A stretch of DNA of 39,207 nt, taken from IMG/VR virus record IMGVR_UViG_3300017747_003784, positions 1-39,207 of that record; one strand, given 5' to 3'. This DNA is from a virus (taxonomy: Duplodnaviria > Caudoviricetes). Every line of letters starts with the position of its first letter. The first letter of the stretch is position 1. Made by a program: the position numbers and the translations under genes. The notes below the pieces were generated by a model. It saw only the letters and a program-made list of their open reading frames with translations. It had not been told where the DNA came from and did no database searches. This document shows, in pieces, positions 1 to 8,807 of the stretch.

Positions 1-123
1 CCGTTGAGAGGTTCGGGTATCACTTTCAGGCCGCTTGCTACACGGACGGGGTAGAAGCCGTGGGCCGTGGAGCAAGGGACTTCCTGATCGTGTGGCTACT
101 GAAAGAGCCACCGTTTCACGTTA
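1..123. repeat. Terminal direct repeat, copy 1 (circular assembly overlap)
   Basis: ccgttgagaggttcgggtatc...ccgtttcacgtta is identical to 39085-39207. Confidence 0.97.
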
Positions 124-311
124 GAGTCAGGGTGCTGGAGCGGGATTGGATTCTGGCCGGTCAAGCGAAGTACCGGAAGGCTCTACGCATCTACGCCGAG
201 GCCCGCAAGTCTGGAAACTGGCCGGGGTACTCAGACACCATTGAACCGCACTACGCACCGTCATACATCATCCGCCAACTCGACACCATCGACATGGAGT
301 TTACACAGTGA
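3..311 (+). CDS. C-terminal part of RecE/exonuclease VIII-like PD-(D/E)XK nuclease (DUF3799-like); continues from 38553 across the junction
   Basis: Frame reads VERFGYHFQAACY...KEPPF...SGNWPGY, a typical RecE-like C-terminus; in frame with the ATG at 38553 once circularised (280 aa total). Confidence 0.88.
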   Translation, partial: VERFGYHFQAACYTDGVEAVGRGARDFLIVWLLKEPPFHVRVRVLERDWILAGQAKYRKALRIYAEARKSGNWPGYSDTIEPHYAPSYIIRQLDTIDMEFTQ

Positions 312-1156
312 GCAACCTTTCAACCGTCAGCGATACGAACCAGATCATCCGCGACATCATCCTGACCGGGAACATCGGTAGCCTCAAGCCCGAACACCGC
401 GCCGACTACGTTATCGCTCTGGCGAAGCACGTAGGGGTGGACCCGATCACTCGGCCCTTCGACCTGCTGACCCTGCAAGGGAAAACGGTCGTCTACGCGA
501 ACAAGTCATGCACGGACCAACTGCGGGTCTTGCACGGGGTAAGCATCCGCATCGTGTCCCGTGAGCAGGTGGGGGATATTTACGTGGTGACTGCTGAGGC
601 GACCGACAAGCACGGGCGCACCGACTCGGACATTGGTTCGCTCAACGTCAAGGGGCTTACTGGCGAAGCCCTATCTAATGCGATGATGAAGGCCGGGACC
701 AAGGCCAAGCGGCGCGTCACCCTCTCCCTTTGCGGACTCGGCCAAGTGTCCGATGAGAGCGAGATAGACGGGATCAAGGCGGAAGCCGCTGCTACGTCGA
801 TGCCAGAAGGCTCCCGCAAGACGGTGGATGACCTGAATGAGAAGATTAAGCCGCGAAGCAAGCCCGCTCAGGGTGTGGTGATTACTAAGGGGGCCGATGA
901 GCCACTGACACCCATTGACATCGTGGATTCACCCGCCGAATCTCTGGAAGATTGGGCCAAGCGAACGGACGGTATCGCGGAGGCCGAGCGATGGGCACCT
1001 GACGAATACGAGGAAATGCGCCGGGAGGCGTTCGCCAAGAAGGGGGCAAGCCCTTGGCAGACAGCGACCCCAGCCCAGCGTTCCGAGTTTGAGGCCGCGT
1101 TGAAGGACGGGAAGTTGCGGGCTTGGTGGGCGAAAAAGGCTCCCGCGAAATCTTGA
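308..1156 (+). CDS. RecT/Red-beta-like single-strand annealing protein
   Basis: GVDPITRPFD, QLR..HGVS and NAMMKAGTKAKRRVTLSLCGLG motifs; GTGA overlap with the exonuclease gene. Confidence 0.75.
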   Translation: MSNLSTVSDTNQIIRDIILTGNIGSLKPEHRADYVIALAKHVGVDPITRPFDLLTLQGKTVVYANKSCTDQLRVLHGVSIRIVSREQVGDIYVVTAEATDKHGRTDSDIGSLNVKGLTGEALSNAMMKAGTKAKRRVTLSLCGLGQVSDESEIDGIKAEAAATSMPEGSRKTVDDLNEKIKPRSKPAQGVVITKGADEPLTPIDIVDSPAESLEDWAKRTDGIAEAERWAPDEYEEMRREAFAKKGASPWQTATPAQRSEFEAALKDGKLRAWWAKKAPAKS

Positions 1157-1180
1157 CACCGTATCTGAATCCGATACCAT
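1153..1180 (+). promoter_or_regulatory. sigma70-type promoter
   Basis: TTGACA-16 nt-TACCAT, with an internal GTATC-N7-GATAC palindrome. Confidence 0.6.
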
Positions 1181-1213
1181 TATGAAACCGAAGGTATGGA
1201 CGAAAGGACACCC

Positions 1214-2191
1214 ATGAGCAACCTCTCACCCCCCGAAATCCGCGCCATCATCGCAGAGGAACTGAACCGACTGGCAACCGCTCTCGACAAGGGCGGCTAC
1301 GAATGGATCGCCGCGTGCATCCAAGACCTCTTCCCCCTCCCCTCTCCACCGTTGCTGCCTTCCCCCGCCGACGACTGGCGGAAGGCGTGTGTGGTGGAGC
1401 AGGTGAGGGATCGCTATTGGGTGGTCCGCTCCCCCGACAAAAAGCACTTCCTCAGGTTCACCCTGAACAGTTGGTGCGAAGAACACGCACCAACCATCGG
1501 CAACTTCCCTGACGAGGCCGAAGCACGTATCGCCCTCGCCAAAGCCCCCCCGTACCCCGGCTACACCCCACCGCTCCCGGCGAAGGTGGAGGGTGATGGC
1601 ACGGTCGATGCGGCTTTCGTTGCGGCGAATGCGGGGCGGTATACATGGCCCTCTGGTGCGCACGGCGTCGGAACATTGTCTCCCGCAAACCACTACGTCA
1701 GCGATGGAAACGGGGACGTGTTGTTCTTTTGCGATCACGGGGAAACGCCGCTTGGATCGTGGGATGGCATTCGGAGACACATGGACGATGGAACGCGATT
1801 CATGCCCCGCCCTTCTGTGGTTACCCCCCTCCCCCCAAAGGACAACAAATGCGAATCATCAAGCGGCGGGGAGCCGGTGAACACCCCATGCGGCACGATC
1901 ATCGTCGTGGGCCAAGCGAGCCTCAACAACCTCATCACGCTGCGGGGTAAGTACCGCGACACCGTAGCCGAAGCGGAAAAGGCGAAGGGGGAGATTGAAC
2001 GGCTTAAGGCCGAACTCGCCGGGGTGAGGGAGAGGATGGAACCGTTCAGGTTGGCCGAGGGCTTCTACGAGAAGTTGAACCCGCCGTACGCCCCGAATTG
2101 GAAATGCCTCAGCGACGACACGCGCAGGTTCTACACCGAGGCCGCCGAACACGCCTCCCGTCCCCTCGCCCCAGCGGAGGTGAGGAAGTGA
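1214..2191 (+). CDS. Hypothetical multidomain accessory protein with C-terminal coiled coil
   Basis: GAAAGGA RBS before ATG 1214; long ORF; GTGA coupling to the next gene. Confidence 0.8.
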   Translation: MSNLSPPEIRAIIAEELNRLATALDKGGYEWIAACIQDLFPLPSPPLLPSPADDWRKACVVEQVRDRYWVVRSPDKKHFLRFTLNSWCEEHAPTIGNFPDEAEARIALAKAPPYPGYTPPLPAKVEGDGTVDAAFVAANAGRYTWPSGAHGVGTLSPANHYVSDGNGDVLFFCDHGETPLGSWDGIRRHMDDGTRFMPRPSVVTPLPPKDNKCESSSGGEPVNTPCGTIIVVGQASLNNLITLRGKYRDTVAEAEKAKGEIERLKAELAGVRERMEPFRLAEGFYEKLNPPYAPNWKCLSDDTRRFYTEAAEHASRPLAPAEVRK

Positions 2192-2337
2192 AGTGCATCC
2201 GCTGCAAAGGTGACGGCACACTCCCCCAGCAACGTCCGAAGGTTCGCCAACTCGGACGCGCGTTCTCTCCCCCATACGCAGGACACCGCATCATCTGCCC
2301 CGACTGCAAGGGCACAGGAAAGGCTCACCGCAAATGA
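2188..2337 (+). CDS. Small DnaJ-type zinc-finger protein
   Basis: CIRCKGDG and CPDCKGTG (two CxxCxGxG motifs); overlapping start and stop codons on both sides. Confidence 0.75.
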   Translation: MKCIRCKGDGTLPQQRPKVRQLGRAFSPPYAGHRIICPDCKGTGKAHRK

Positions 2338-2843
2338 AGAAGCAACCCACCAAGAAGAAGGCGGAGAGGAATGAAATGAACGATTACCCGAAGAATCGCC
2401 ACTCGAACTGTCTGGACCGAGACTGCCGCATCTGCCTTGAGGATGCCACCGAACTAGGCCGCTACGTGGTGAGCCGCAACCCGTCACTCGCCAAAGACTG
2501 CGGAACCGAAGTCACGTTCAACTGGATGAACAACCACGGCCTTCCCGCAGAGGGGGCGGGTGGCTGGGCATCCGATGACACGTTCAAGCCCGAGAACATC
2601 GAGGGCATGATCGCCCGCCCGCACGAGGTTCTGCCCGCAATCCAACTCAAACGCGACTTGGCGAAGATCGACAAGCGAACCACGGAGATGGCGAGAGAGA
2701 ACGCGCGTCTGCGCAAGGCTCTGTCTGACTTGATCCCCACGCCATTCCCCGCTGAGACGCTCGAAGATTGCGAGTGCGTGGAGTGCCTGATCGTTGTCGG
2801 ACAACTGCGAGAAGCCCGTCGAGCACTCACCCCCCTCCCCTAA
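2334..2843 (+). CDS. Hypothetical protein (Cys pairs, coiled coil)
   Basis: ATGA coupling; CLDRDCRIC and CECVEC motifs. Confidence 0.7.
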   Translation: MKKQPTKKKAERNEMNDYPKNRHSNCLDRDCRICLEDATELGRYVVSRNPSLAKDCGTEVTFNWMNNHGLPAEGAGGWASDDTFKPENIEGMIARPHEVLPAIQLKRDLAKIDKRTTEMARENARLRKALSDLIPTPFPAETLEDCECVECLIVVGQLREARRALTPLP

Positions 2844-2864
2844 CCACCCCGAGAAAGGAAGCAC

Positions 2865-3164
2865 ATGGCAGACAGCAAGACGACACTCTGGTACGCATGG
2901 AAGTGGACCGCCTTCGAGAAGGTTGAAGTCACAAAGGCGACCGATTCATTCATCACCGTCAAGTACGGCACCGGAGAACGGCGGGAGAAGATTCACACCG
3001 ACTTCCGCCACTGGTTCCCCACGCTCGAAGGAGCAATCGAGAACCGCCGCGCCGAACTTACGAAAGATGTCACCAAGGCCACAGAAGCACTGTTCGACGC
3101 GAACAAGGCCGCTGCCGCGTTCGATGCAAAGTACCCACCCGCACCGTCTGGAGCCTCCAAGTGA
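2865..3164 (+). CDS. Hypothetical protein
   Basis: GAAAGGA RBS; coupled to the next gene. Confidence 0.8.
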   Translation: MADSKTTLWYAWKWTAFEKVEVTKATDSFITVKYGTGERREKIHTDFRHWFPTLEGAIENRRAELTKDVTKATEALFDANKAAAAFDAKYPPAPSGASK

Positions 3165-3448
3165 CCACCCCCACCCGACCGAAGCGAGCCGCGAAGAAGG
3201 GGAAGGCAGCAGGCGGGTACATCGGGCAGGCGATGGAGGCGGCGAGAGAGGCAGAGGCGAAGGTTGAGAAATTGGCCGAAGCCCTCTGGAACGCGAATGA
3301 GAAGCGGACCAAGGAAGGCCCGGAGTACGTCACCGCATGGTCGTACCACGTTCGCCGTCAGATCATCCGGGGCGAGAGTTCGTTCATCGTGGAGCAGTAC
3401 CGCACCCTCGCCGAAACCGCCATCCGCCACCTAAGGAGCAAGCCATGA
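3161..3448 (+). CDS. Hypothetical protein
   Basis: GTGA/ATGA coupling on both sides. Confidence 0.75.
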   Translation: MTTPTRPKRAAKKGKAAGGYIGQAMEAAREAEAKVEKLAEALWNANEKRTKEGPEYVTAWSYHVRRQIIRGESSFIVEQYRTLAETAIRHLRSKP

Positions 3449-3771
3449 GCAACGCCATCGACAGACTGGAAGAAGAGTACAACGACCTGAAAGCCTACGA
3501 GCGGAAGGTCCACGCAATGCCCGACAGTGACCCCGCGAAGGTCGAGAAGTTGGACTTCCTCGCCATGCTCTATGAGCGGTTCATCAACACGTTCGGCGAA
3601 CACGCCAAGCCCCTGCTCGCGGTCGTGCGGGCGGGGGAGAGGGTAGAGAACGCTACATGCATCTGCCCGACCCACCTGCCACCGGGAGGATGCGCCGACG
3701 AATGCGAAATGCACCTTGCCCGCAAAGCCCTCCGCCTCGCCCTCGCAACCCTCAAGGAGACTCCGCTGTGA
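3445..3771 (+). CDS. Hypothetical protein
   Basis: AAGGAG RBS, ATG 3445 (MSNAIDRLEEEY...). Confidence 0.75.
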   Translation: MSNAIDRLEEEYNDLKAYERKVHAMPDSDPAKVEKLDFLAMLYERFINTFGEHAKPLLAVVRAGERVENATCICPTHLPPGGCADECEMHLARKALRLALATLKETPL

Positions 3772-4127
3772 ACAGTGAAACTCGCACCGCCCTGATTGAA
3801 CTTTGGCGGGATGTGCCGGGGTGCAAGCCGGTACTTGATTGCTCACCATCATCGGACGTGCCCGGATGCTGGCGCGTGAACGGACAGGACATGCACACGG
3901 GCATCGTCGCCTCCCTCGCCCGCGATGCGATCGTGGAGTACATCACGGCTATGGACGCGGCCTACGACAGCCACGGCGGACGCACGGTTGACACGGGGCG
4001 GTGTCAAACGAACGCGGGCGATTGGTACGTTCACATTGACGGACGACCACCTGCTTACGGCCCCACCCGCCTCTCAGCCCTAATCGCAGCAGCCCGAGCC
4101 GTACAAGGAGCCGAACGTGGCGAGTGA
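3768..4127 (+). CDS. Hypothetical protein, ABA-sandwich/DUF2591-like C-terminus
   Basis: AAGGAG RBS, GTG start; ends GPTRLSALIAAARAV. Confidence 0.7.
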   Translation: MNSETRTALIELWRDVPGCKPVLDCSPSSDVPGCWRVNGQDMHTGIVASLARDAIVEYITAMDAAYDSHGGRTVDTGRCQTNAGDWYVHIDGRPPAYGPTRLSALIAAARAVQGAERGE

Positions 4128-4536
4128 GAAGATCAAGAGATACGACAGCAGCGAGATTGCCACAGTCTGCGAGATAGGGGGAATCCTCACGCCCGCCCCG
4201 ACAGGTCGGTGGGTTGAGTATTCCGACTATGAAGCCCTCCGCGCCGCCTCCTCCGCCGCAGCGGACGAGGTGGGGAGGTTGCGAGAGCAGATCGAAACCC
4301 TCCGTAACCGTGATGCGGTACTCGACTACATCCGCGACCACTGCAAGGTCATCGCTTGGCCGGGAGCGGGTGCGTACCCCATCGAACACAACCCCATCGC
4401 GGGTAAGGACTCGTGGAAAGACATCGCCCTTATCGCATACGCACAAGCCCGCACCGCCACCGACGCGAGCGTGGCAATGAAGCACATCCCCACAACTGGC
4501 GGGCAGGGGGAGGGAGGGAAGAATGAGCAGCATTGA
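4117..4536 (+). CDS. Hypothetical protein
   Basis: AAGGAG RBS; GRWVEYSDY motif followed by a coiled coil, common in phage accessory proteins. Confidence 0.75.
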   Translation: MASEKIKRYDSSEIATVCEIGGILTPAPTGRWVEYSDYEALRAASSAAADEVGRLREQIETLRNRDAVLDYIRDHCKVIAWPGAGAYPIEHNPIAGKDSWKDIALIAYAQARTATDASVAMKHIPTTGGQGEGGKNEQH

Positions 4537-5107
4537 ACAGATCAGAGACGAGCAGTGGAAGCCGTGCCCAGACTTTGAGGACACCTACGAGGTATCGACA
4601 TTGGGAAGGGTGCGTCGATCAGTTGACGGCGCGGCTGGAGCAAAGTCGGGGCGGTTTGCGAAGCAGCACGCCAAGGGAAAGGGATATTTGAGTGTTCACC
4701 TTCGGAGAGGTGGGAGCCGCCAAAGAACCCATTGGGTTCATCTGCTTGTTGCCCGTGCTTTTCTCGGACAGCCCGAGCCATCGATGGAGGTGAATCACAA
4801 GAACGGCGACAAGGCGGATAACTCTCTGGGCAATCTCGAATGGACAACACGATCAGAGAACGCCATTCACGCATCGCGGGTTCTGGGAACGTGGCCTGTT
4901 CATCGCGGGGAAAACGGAACGCGCGCGATTCTCAAAGAGGATCAAGTCCGCGAGATTTATCGCCGTCGCCGCACGGGCGAGTACGCAAAGACCATCGCTG
5001 TTGAGTTTGGGGTAGCAGAGGCAACCGTCCGAGCGATTGCTCTCGGAACCACTTGGAAGCATCTTGGCTTGAACTCCGCAACCAAAGGAGCGACGCATGA
5101 GAAGTGA
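4523..5107 (+). CDS. NUMOD4-HNH homing endonuclease with C-terminal HTH
   Basis: EQWKP..YEVSTLGRVR (NUMOD4); VHLLVARAF, VNHKNGDKADNSLGNLEW..RSEN (HNH); IAVEFGVAEATVRAI (HTH). Confidence 0.92.
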   Translation: MSSIEQIRDEQWKPCPDFEDTYEVSTLGRVRRSVDGAAGAKSGRFAKQHAKGKGYLSVHLRRGGSRQRTHWVHLLVARAFLGQPEPSMEVNHKNGDKADNSLGNLEWTTRSENAIHASRVLGTWPVHRGENGTRAILKEDQVREIYRRRRTGEYAKTIAVEFGVAEATVRAIALGTTWKHLGLNSATKGATHEK

Positions 5108-5564
5108 GACGATGACGGATAGGGAGTTGGATGCTGCCGTGGCCGAGAAGGTGATGGGCTACCGCTGGTACATGGACCGCGACGATGAGAAGGTCATCCT
5201 CGCCCAGCCGACCGAGTACTTTGAGGGTGACGACTTCCTACCCGTGCCCAGTGAGGAAGCGTGGAGCAGCACCCGCCGAGACATTGGGAACGCGCCTCCG
5301 TACTCCCGCGACATCGCCGCCGCGTGGACCGTAGTCGAGAAGATGCGGGAGAGGGGGTGGCTCTACCACGTTGGCGACAACAAGGACGGGCACGTATTCC
5401 AGTTTGGACGGAGCGAGTGGCCGCTTGAGAAGCAGCCTTACAAGGCGATTGACCCTTCGTTCTGTCGTGCCGCTGTCCTCTCCGCCCTCGCCGCTGTGAA
5501 GGGGGAGGGGGAGCATCTGCCTCCGTCAATCGGGATGCTCCGCGACGATGACAACGACGACTAA
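5097..5564 (+). CDS. Phage ABA-sandwich (BC1872-like) domain protein
   Basis: ELDAAVAEKVMG...PPYSRDIAAAWTVVEKM...AAVLSALAA signature. Confidence 0.8.
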   Translation: MRSETMTDRELDAAVAEKVMGYRWYMDRDDEKVILAQPTEYFEGDDFLPVPSEEAWSSTRRDIGNAPPYSRDIAAAWTVVEKMRERGWLYHVGDNKDGHVFQFGRSEWPLEKQPYKAIDPSFCRAAVLSALAAVKGEGEHLPPSIGMLRDDDNDD

Positions 5565-5629
5565 CCCCTCCCCCACCCCCAAATAGCCGAGAGGCACACC
5601 GGCCCGGTGAGTAGGGCATGGAGTTTCAA

Positions 5630-5978
5630 GATGACAGAGACAGCAACGCCAGTGATGATCGACACGTTCTCGTTCTCTACCCGTCCCGATGGTGTCACCG
5701 ACATCATGCAGCACTACGCCAAGGAAACGGAGATGGGCGCGATCGCAACGCCCATCGCCCAGATCAAGGGCGACACGGTTTCGTTCTGCGGACAGCCCCC
5801 CGAGGCACTTATCCGGTTTGGCCGTGCCGCTGGACGCATGGTTTCCGAGGACTCGTGGCCGAAAGAGTGTGTTGGGTGCGGGCTGGCGAGCGTACACACG
5901 GACGGCGACGGTGAGGAGCAGTGTACCGACTGCCTCCGCGACACCATCAAGGACAACGAAGCCGACACCGGCGAGTAA
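5630..5978 (+). CDS. Hypothetical protein with C-terminal CxxC-CxxC zinc site
   Basis: GGAG RBS; MTETATPV...CVGC...CTDC; start approximate. Confidence 0.7.
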
Positions 5979-6076
5979 CGGAGTCGTCGTACACCCGCGC
6001 GTGAACCGAGAGGTCTCGCGCGGGATTCCTCTAACCCACAACCCCGCTCGCCCGGCGAGGGGGAAGGAGATGCAAG

Positions 6077-6379
6077 ATGGAAGCACACTGGATCGTTGAC
6101 GAAAAGGGCACACCCGAAGAGGGCAACTGGGAACTGTCGGTGGTTGTCCAAGGCTCGCACGGAATCCGCTCGTATGGCTGGCACGGTGACGACAAACTCG
6201 CAATCGCCCACAGCGGAGGTCCGTGCAGGACCAAGTATCACCCAAGCGTGGCGGATCAGCTTCGCAAGGTGGCCGGATTCATTTGCGATCAGATGAACGC
6301 CAGCGATAGCCGACCCGCACCGAAGCCGAGCGGATTCAGGCGTGCCGACGATGGTTCCTTGGTCGCTTTCTACAACTAA
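6077..6379 (+). CDS. Hypothetical protein
   Basis: AAGGAG RBS; ORF bounded by structured intergenic regions. Confidence 0.75.
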   Translation: MEAHWIVDEKGTPEEGNWELSVVVQGSHGIRSYGWHGDDKLAIAHSGGPCRTKYHPSVADQLRKVAGFICDQMNASDSRPAPKPSGFRRADDGSLVAFYN

Positions 6380-6478
6380 CCCCCACCGCGAGAACGGCCA
6401 CCGTGCGAGAGTGGGAGCGGACCACTTGGGGGCGATGGACCCGAAGAATAAAATCCCGCCCGGTTTTCGATAAATCCC

Positions 6479-6506
6479 TTGACACACTAGCCAGAGTCGG
6501 TATCGT
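6479..6506 (+). promoter_or_regulatory. sigma70-type promoter
   Basis: TTGACA-16 nt-TATCGT; the -10 is flanked by TCGG on both sides. Confidence 0.6.
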
Positions 6507-6554
6507 TCGGGACGAAGTAGGAGCAGCACCCCATGAGAAGCGAATACGAGCGGT

Positions 6555-7073
6555 TTACGTTTTCCCGCACGCGGCCCGACGCTTCGCCGCTGCCTCCCGA
6601 AGTCTCCGTTTCCCGCCATCCGTCCACTTCGGACACTTCCCTTTCAGGGTTGCAGCGAGGTGTTCACCGTTGCTCCCGAACACTTCAAGGTTCCCGATCC
6701 GATTGTTCTTTCGGTTCCCGTCTTTGTGGTGGACGACTTCGGACGGACTCAGGTATCGGCCAAGTTTCTTCTCCATCACTAGGCGATGCTCTCGGACGTA
6801 CCCCGCATCTGTTGCGTGTGGGTGGTTCGGAGTGTGTATCAGCACATACCCGTCTCCGTCGATCATCCGTCCGCCCTTCCAAGCGGGGTTTCTGGAGCCG
6901 GGCATCGACCACGGTGGCAATCTCGGTATGCCCGCTTCCCTCATTCGGACAAGCATGCACTGCCGAGAACACCCGTACTTGTCGGCGAGTTCACGTAGGC
7001 ACCACCCGCGCGATGCCAGTACGCGGACTTCATCCATCGGAAGGCAAACGCTGCGAGGCCGTCCGCTTGTCAT
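6555..7073 (-). CDS. HNH endonuclease with N-terminal HTH, inverted relative to its operon
   Basis: LRELADKYGCS (HTH); NPAWKGGR; YVREHRLVME..LGRYL...EVVHHKDGNRKNNRIGNL; AGGAG RBS. Confidence 0.92.
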   Translation of the reverse strand: MTSGRPRSVCLPMDEVRVLASRGWCLRELADKYGCSRQCMLVRMREAGIPRLPPWSMPGSRNPAWKGGRMIDGDGYVLIHTPNHPHATDAGYVREHRLVMEKKLGRYLSPSEVVHHKDGNRKNNRIGNLEVFGSNGEHLAATLKGKCPKWTDGGKRRLREAAAKRRAACGKT

Positions 7074-7140
7074 AATGCAATCTCCTAATACACTGTCCTG
7101 AGTCTAGTATATCGCCCGCAACCCAACTTGGAGCACCCCA

Positions 7141-7623
7141 ATGACTGAATCCCCCCGCGAACTCTCCCTCAGACTCCACGCCGCCGCAAATCTCTGTCCC
7201 CATTGTTCCGGCCTACTCAACTCCACCGCCGAGTACCTTCGGACCATCCGCGTATCGGTCGATGAGATTCAAGCGGTAGCAGCGGCCCAAATGAACTCAC
7301 GGGGCGAAACTCCCGGCTTCCTCCGTGCCCTTGCCGCTTACCCGGACGGACTGAAGAAGCCCACGATGCGCCGCTATTGGGTGTCTGAGGGGCTGGAGCC
7401 TGAGACTGAGGCAATCATCGCCGGGATCAACCGCTGGGAAGCCCATTGGCTTGCGAACGGCTACCGGGTCGGGATGGATCGGTTCCTGTTTGATGAAATG
7501 TGGAAGCAGAACCCCCCATCGGCTGCGGTTCCGGTTCCCGAAACCCCCCACTTTGACCAGCGATCCGCCCTCGCTAAGTTGCAGGCCGCAAAGGAGCAGC
7601 GGGCTAGGGATGGTGTGCGGTGA
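7141..7623 (+). CDS. Putative replication protein resembling the C-terminal domain of phage replisome organisers
   Basis: F...AAYP...K.....W.....IIAG...W....GY.....FL....W pattern; GGAG RBS. Confidence 0.5.
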   Translation: MTESPRELSLRLHAAANLCPHCSGLLNSTAEYLRTIRVSVDEIQAVAAAQMNSRGETPGFLRALAAYPDGLKKPTMRRYWVSEGLEPETEAIIAGINRWEAHWLANGYRVGMDRFLFDEMWKQNPPSAAVPVPETPHFDQRSALAKLQAAKEQRARDGVR

Positions 7624-8141
7624 CAGACACAGAAGCGGTATCGACCCTTGAACTGGTGAACAAACTCTGGCCCAAGACGCGGGACGCTTGGCCGGAGGAA
7701 GTACAGACCGAGTTTATGATCGCCTGCGAGCGAATCCGCATCGACTGGCAACAGGCCGATGCCGCTATCAAGGCTCTGTCTATGCGATCCAAGTTTGCCA
7801 CGGTTAAGCCTGTGGAGGTGCTAGAGGCTCTCAGGGGGGCTATCGCCCGTGTGACCGAGCAACGGAAGGCTCAAGCCTCCCACACGCTCCAAGCCGACCT
7901 AGAGGCCGCTACGACGGCTCGGCTACTGAACCTTCCCGAACACCTGCGGCATGAGGTTCTATTGCGGATCGACCAGAACCTACCCCCCGTCGAATGCCGG
8001 GGGGCTACGGCTGAGAACCTAGAGAAGTCTGCCCGGATAGCCGAATCGGGCGATTGGGCGGGCGCGATGGAATGGCCCCTATTCAGGTATGAGGCGAAAC
8101 ACACGCCAGCGGTGAAGGCTTGGCTAAGGAGTGAAGGATGA
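7620..8141 (+). CDS. Putative helicase loader/inhibitor (SPP1 G39P-like)
   Basis: MT..EA...L..VNKLWP.......A..AIK......KF...P.EV pattern; directly after the initiator-like gene. Confidence 0.5.
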   Translation: MTDTEAVSTLELVNKLWPKTRDAWPEEVQTEFMIACERIRIDWQQADAAIKALSMRSKFATVKPVEVLEALRGAIARVTEQRKAQASHTLQADLEAATTARLLNLPEHLRHEVLLRIDQNLPPVECRGATAENLEKSARIAESGDWAGAMEWPLFRYEAKHTPAVKAWLRSEG

Positions 8142-8311
8142 AAGGTCTTATTTGGTGGGCTTTGGCTCTTGTGGCCGTGAATGCGTCTATTGGGATCAAC
8201 GAAGCGGCTCACGAAGCGGGAGCGACGTTTTGGGTGAGAGTGCTTGTCAGCGTCCCGTTTGCTGCTCTAGCAGCGATTCTTTGCTACAAAGCATCCAAGG
8301 AGAGCAAGTGA
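8138..8311 (+). CDS. Small two-TM membrane protein (57 aa; not in ORF track)
   Basis: MKGLIWWALALVAV...FWVRVLVSVPFAALAAILCY; ATGA/GTGA coupling. Confidence 0.7.
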   Translation: MKGLIWWALALVAVNASIGINEAAHEAGATFWVRVLVSVPFAALAAILCYKASKESK

Positions 8312-8643
8312 AAATCATCTACATCGCCGGACCTTACCGCTCGACAACCGAATCCGGAGTCTACCGAAACATTCAACGCGCCCGCGACCTTGCCCTAGAG
8401 GTTTGGGCGATGGGATTTGTCGCCATCTGCCCCCACCAGAATACCGCCCACTTCGGAGGGGCTTGCCCGGATGAAGTGTGGCTCAAGGGCGATATGGAAA
8501 TCCTCTCCCGCTGCGATGCGGTGTGTCTTGTCCCCGGCTGGCAGGGATCGACGGGAACCCTTGCGGAGATTGAGTTTGCGAAGTTGAAGGGGATTCCGGT
8601 GTTTGATGGGTTGAGTGCGCTGGTGGCGGGGATGGAACCATGA
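8308..8643 (+). CDS. DUF4406/DUF1937-like protein (nucleoside 2-deoxyribosyltransferase-like fold)
   Basis: IYIAGPY...CPH...WL..D..IL.RCDAV.LVPGW..S.GT.AE..FA...GIPVF. Confidence 0.85.
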   Translation: MKIIYIAGPYRSTTESGVYRNIQRARDLALEVWAMGFVAICPHQNTAHFGGACPDEVWLKGDMEILSRCDAVCLVPGWQGSTGTLAEIEFAKLKGIPVFDGLSALVAGMEP

Positions 8644-8807
8644 GCGAAAAGAACCCATACGACAAGATACTCAAGGGATACGACGACCTGATAGACGAAT
8701 ACGACCAAGCCATTAGTGAAATGGACGCGGTTCTCTGGTGTGGGTATGGGATTCTCGGCGTGCTGTGCGTGGGTGCGGTTGGGTGCTGGGTATGGAGCAT
8801 GCTGTGA
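8640..8807 (+). CDS. Small C-terminally anchored membrane protein (55 aa; not in ORF track)
   Basis: MSEKNPYDKILKGYDDL...VLWCGYGILGVLCVGAVGCWVWSML; coupled on both sides. Confidence 0.7.
   Translation: MSEKNPYDKILKGYDDLIDEYDQAISEMDAVLWCGYGILGVLCVGAVGCWVWSML

Noticed and set aside
1-123. Terminal repeat as a biological DTR or att site
   Set aside because: It falls mid-gene and the ORF is restored on circularisation, so it is most simply an assembly overlap
308-1230. Shared MSNLS N-terminus of genes 308 and 1214
   Set aside because: Only five residues with no further similarity; could be chance
4523-5107. HNH genes as intron-encoded
   Set aside because: They overlap or abut neighbouring genes with no room for group I core elements, and no split host gene is evident
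6533-7075. 180-aa ORF antisense to the HNH as a real protein
   Set aside because: Ser/Arg-rich with no recognisable fold after the first residues; treated as a remnant start
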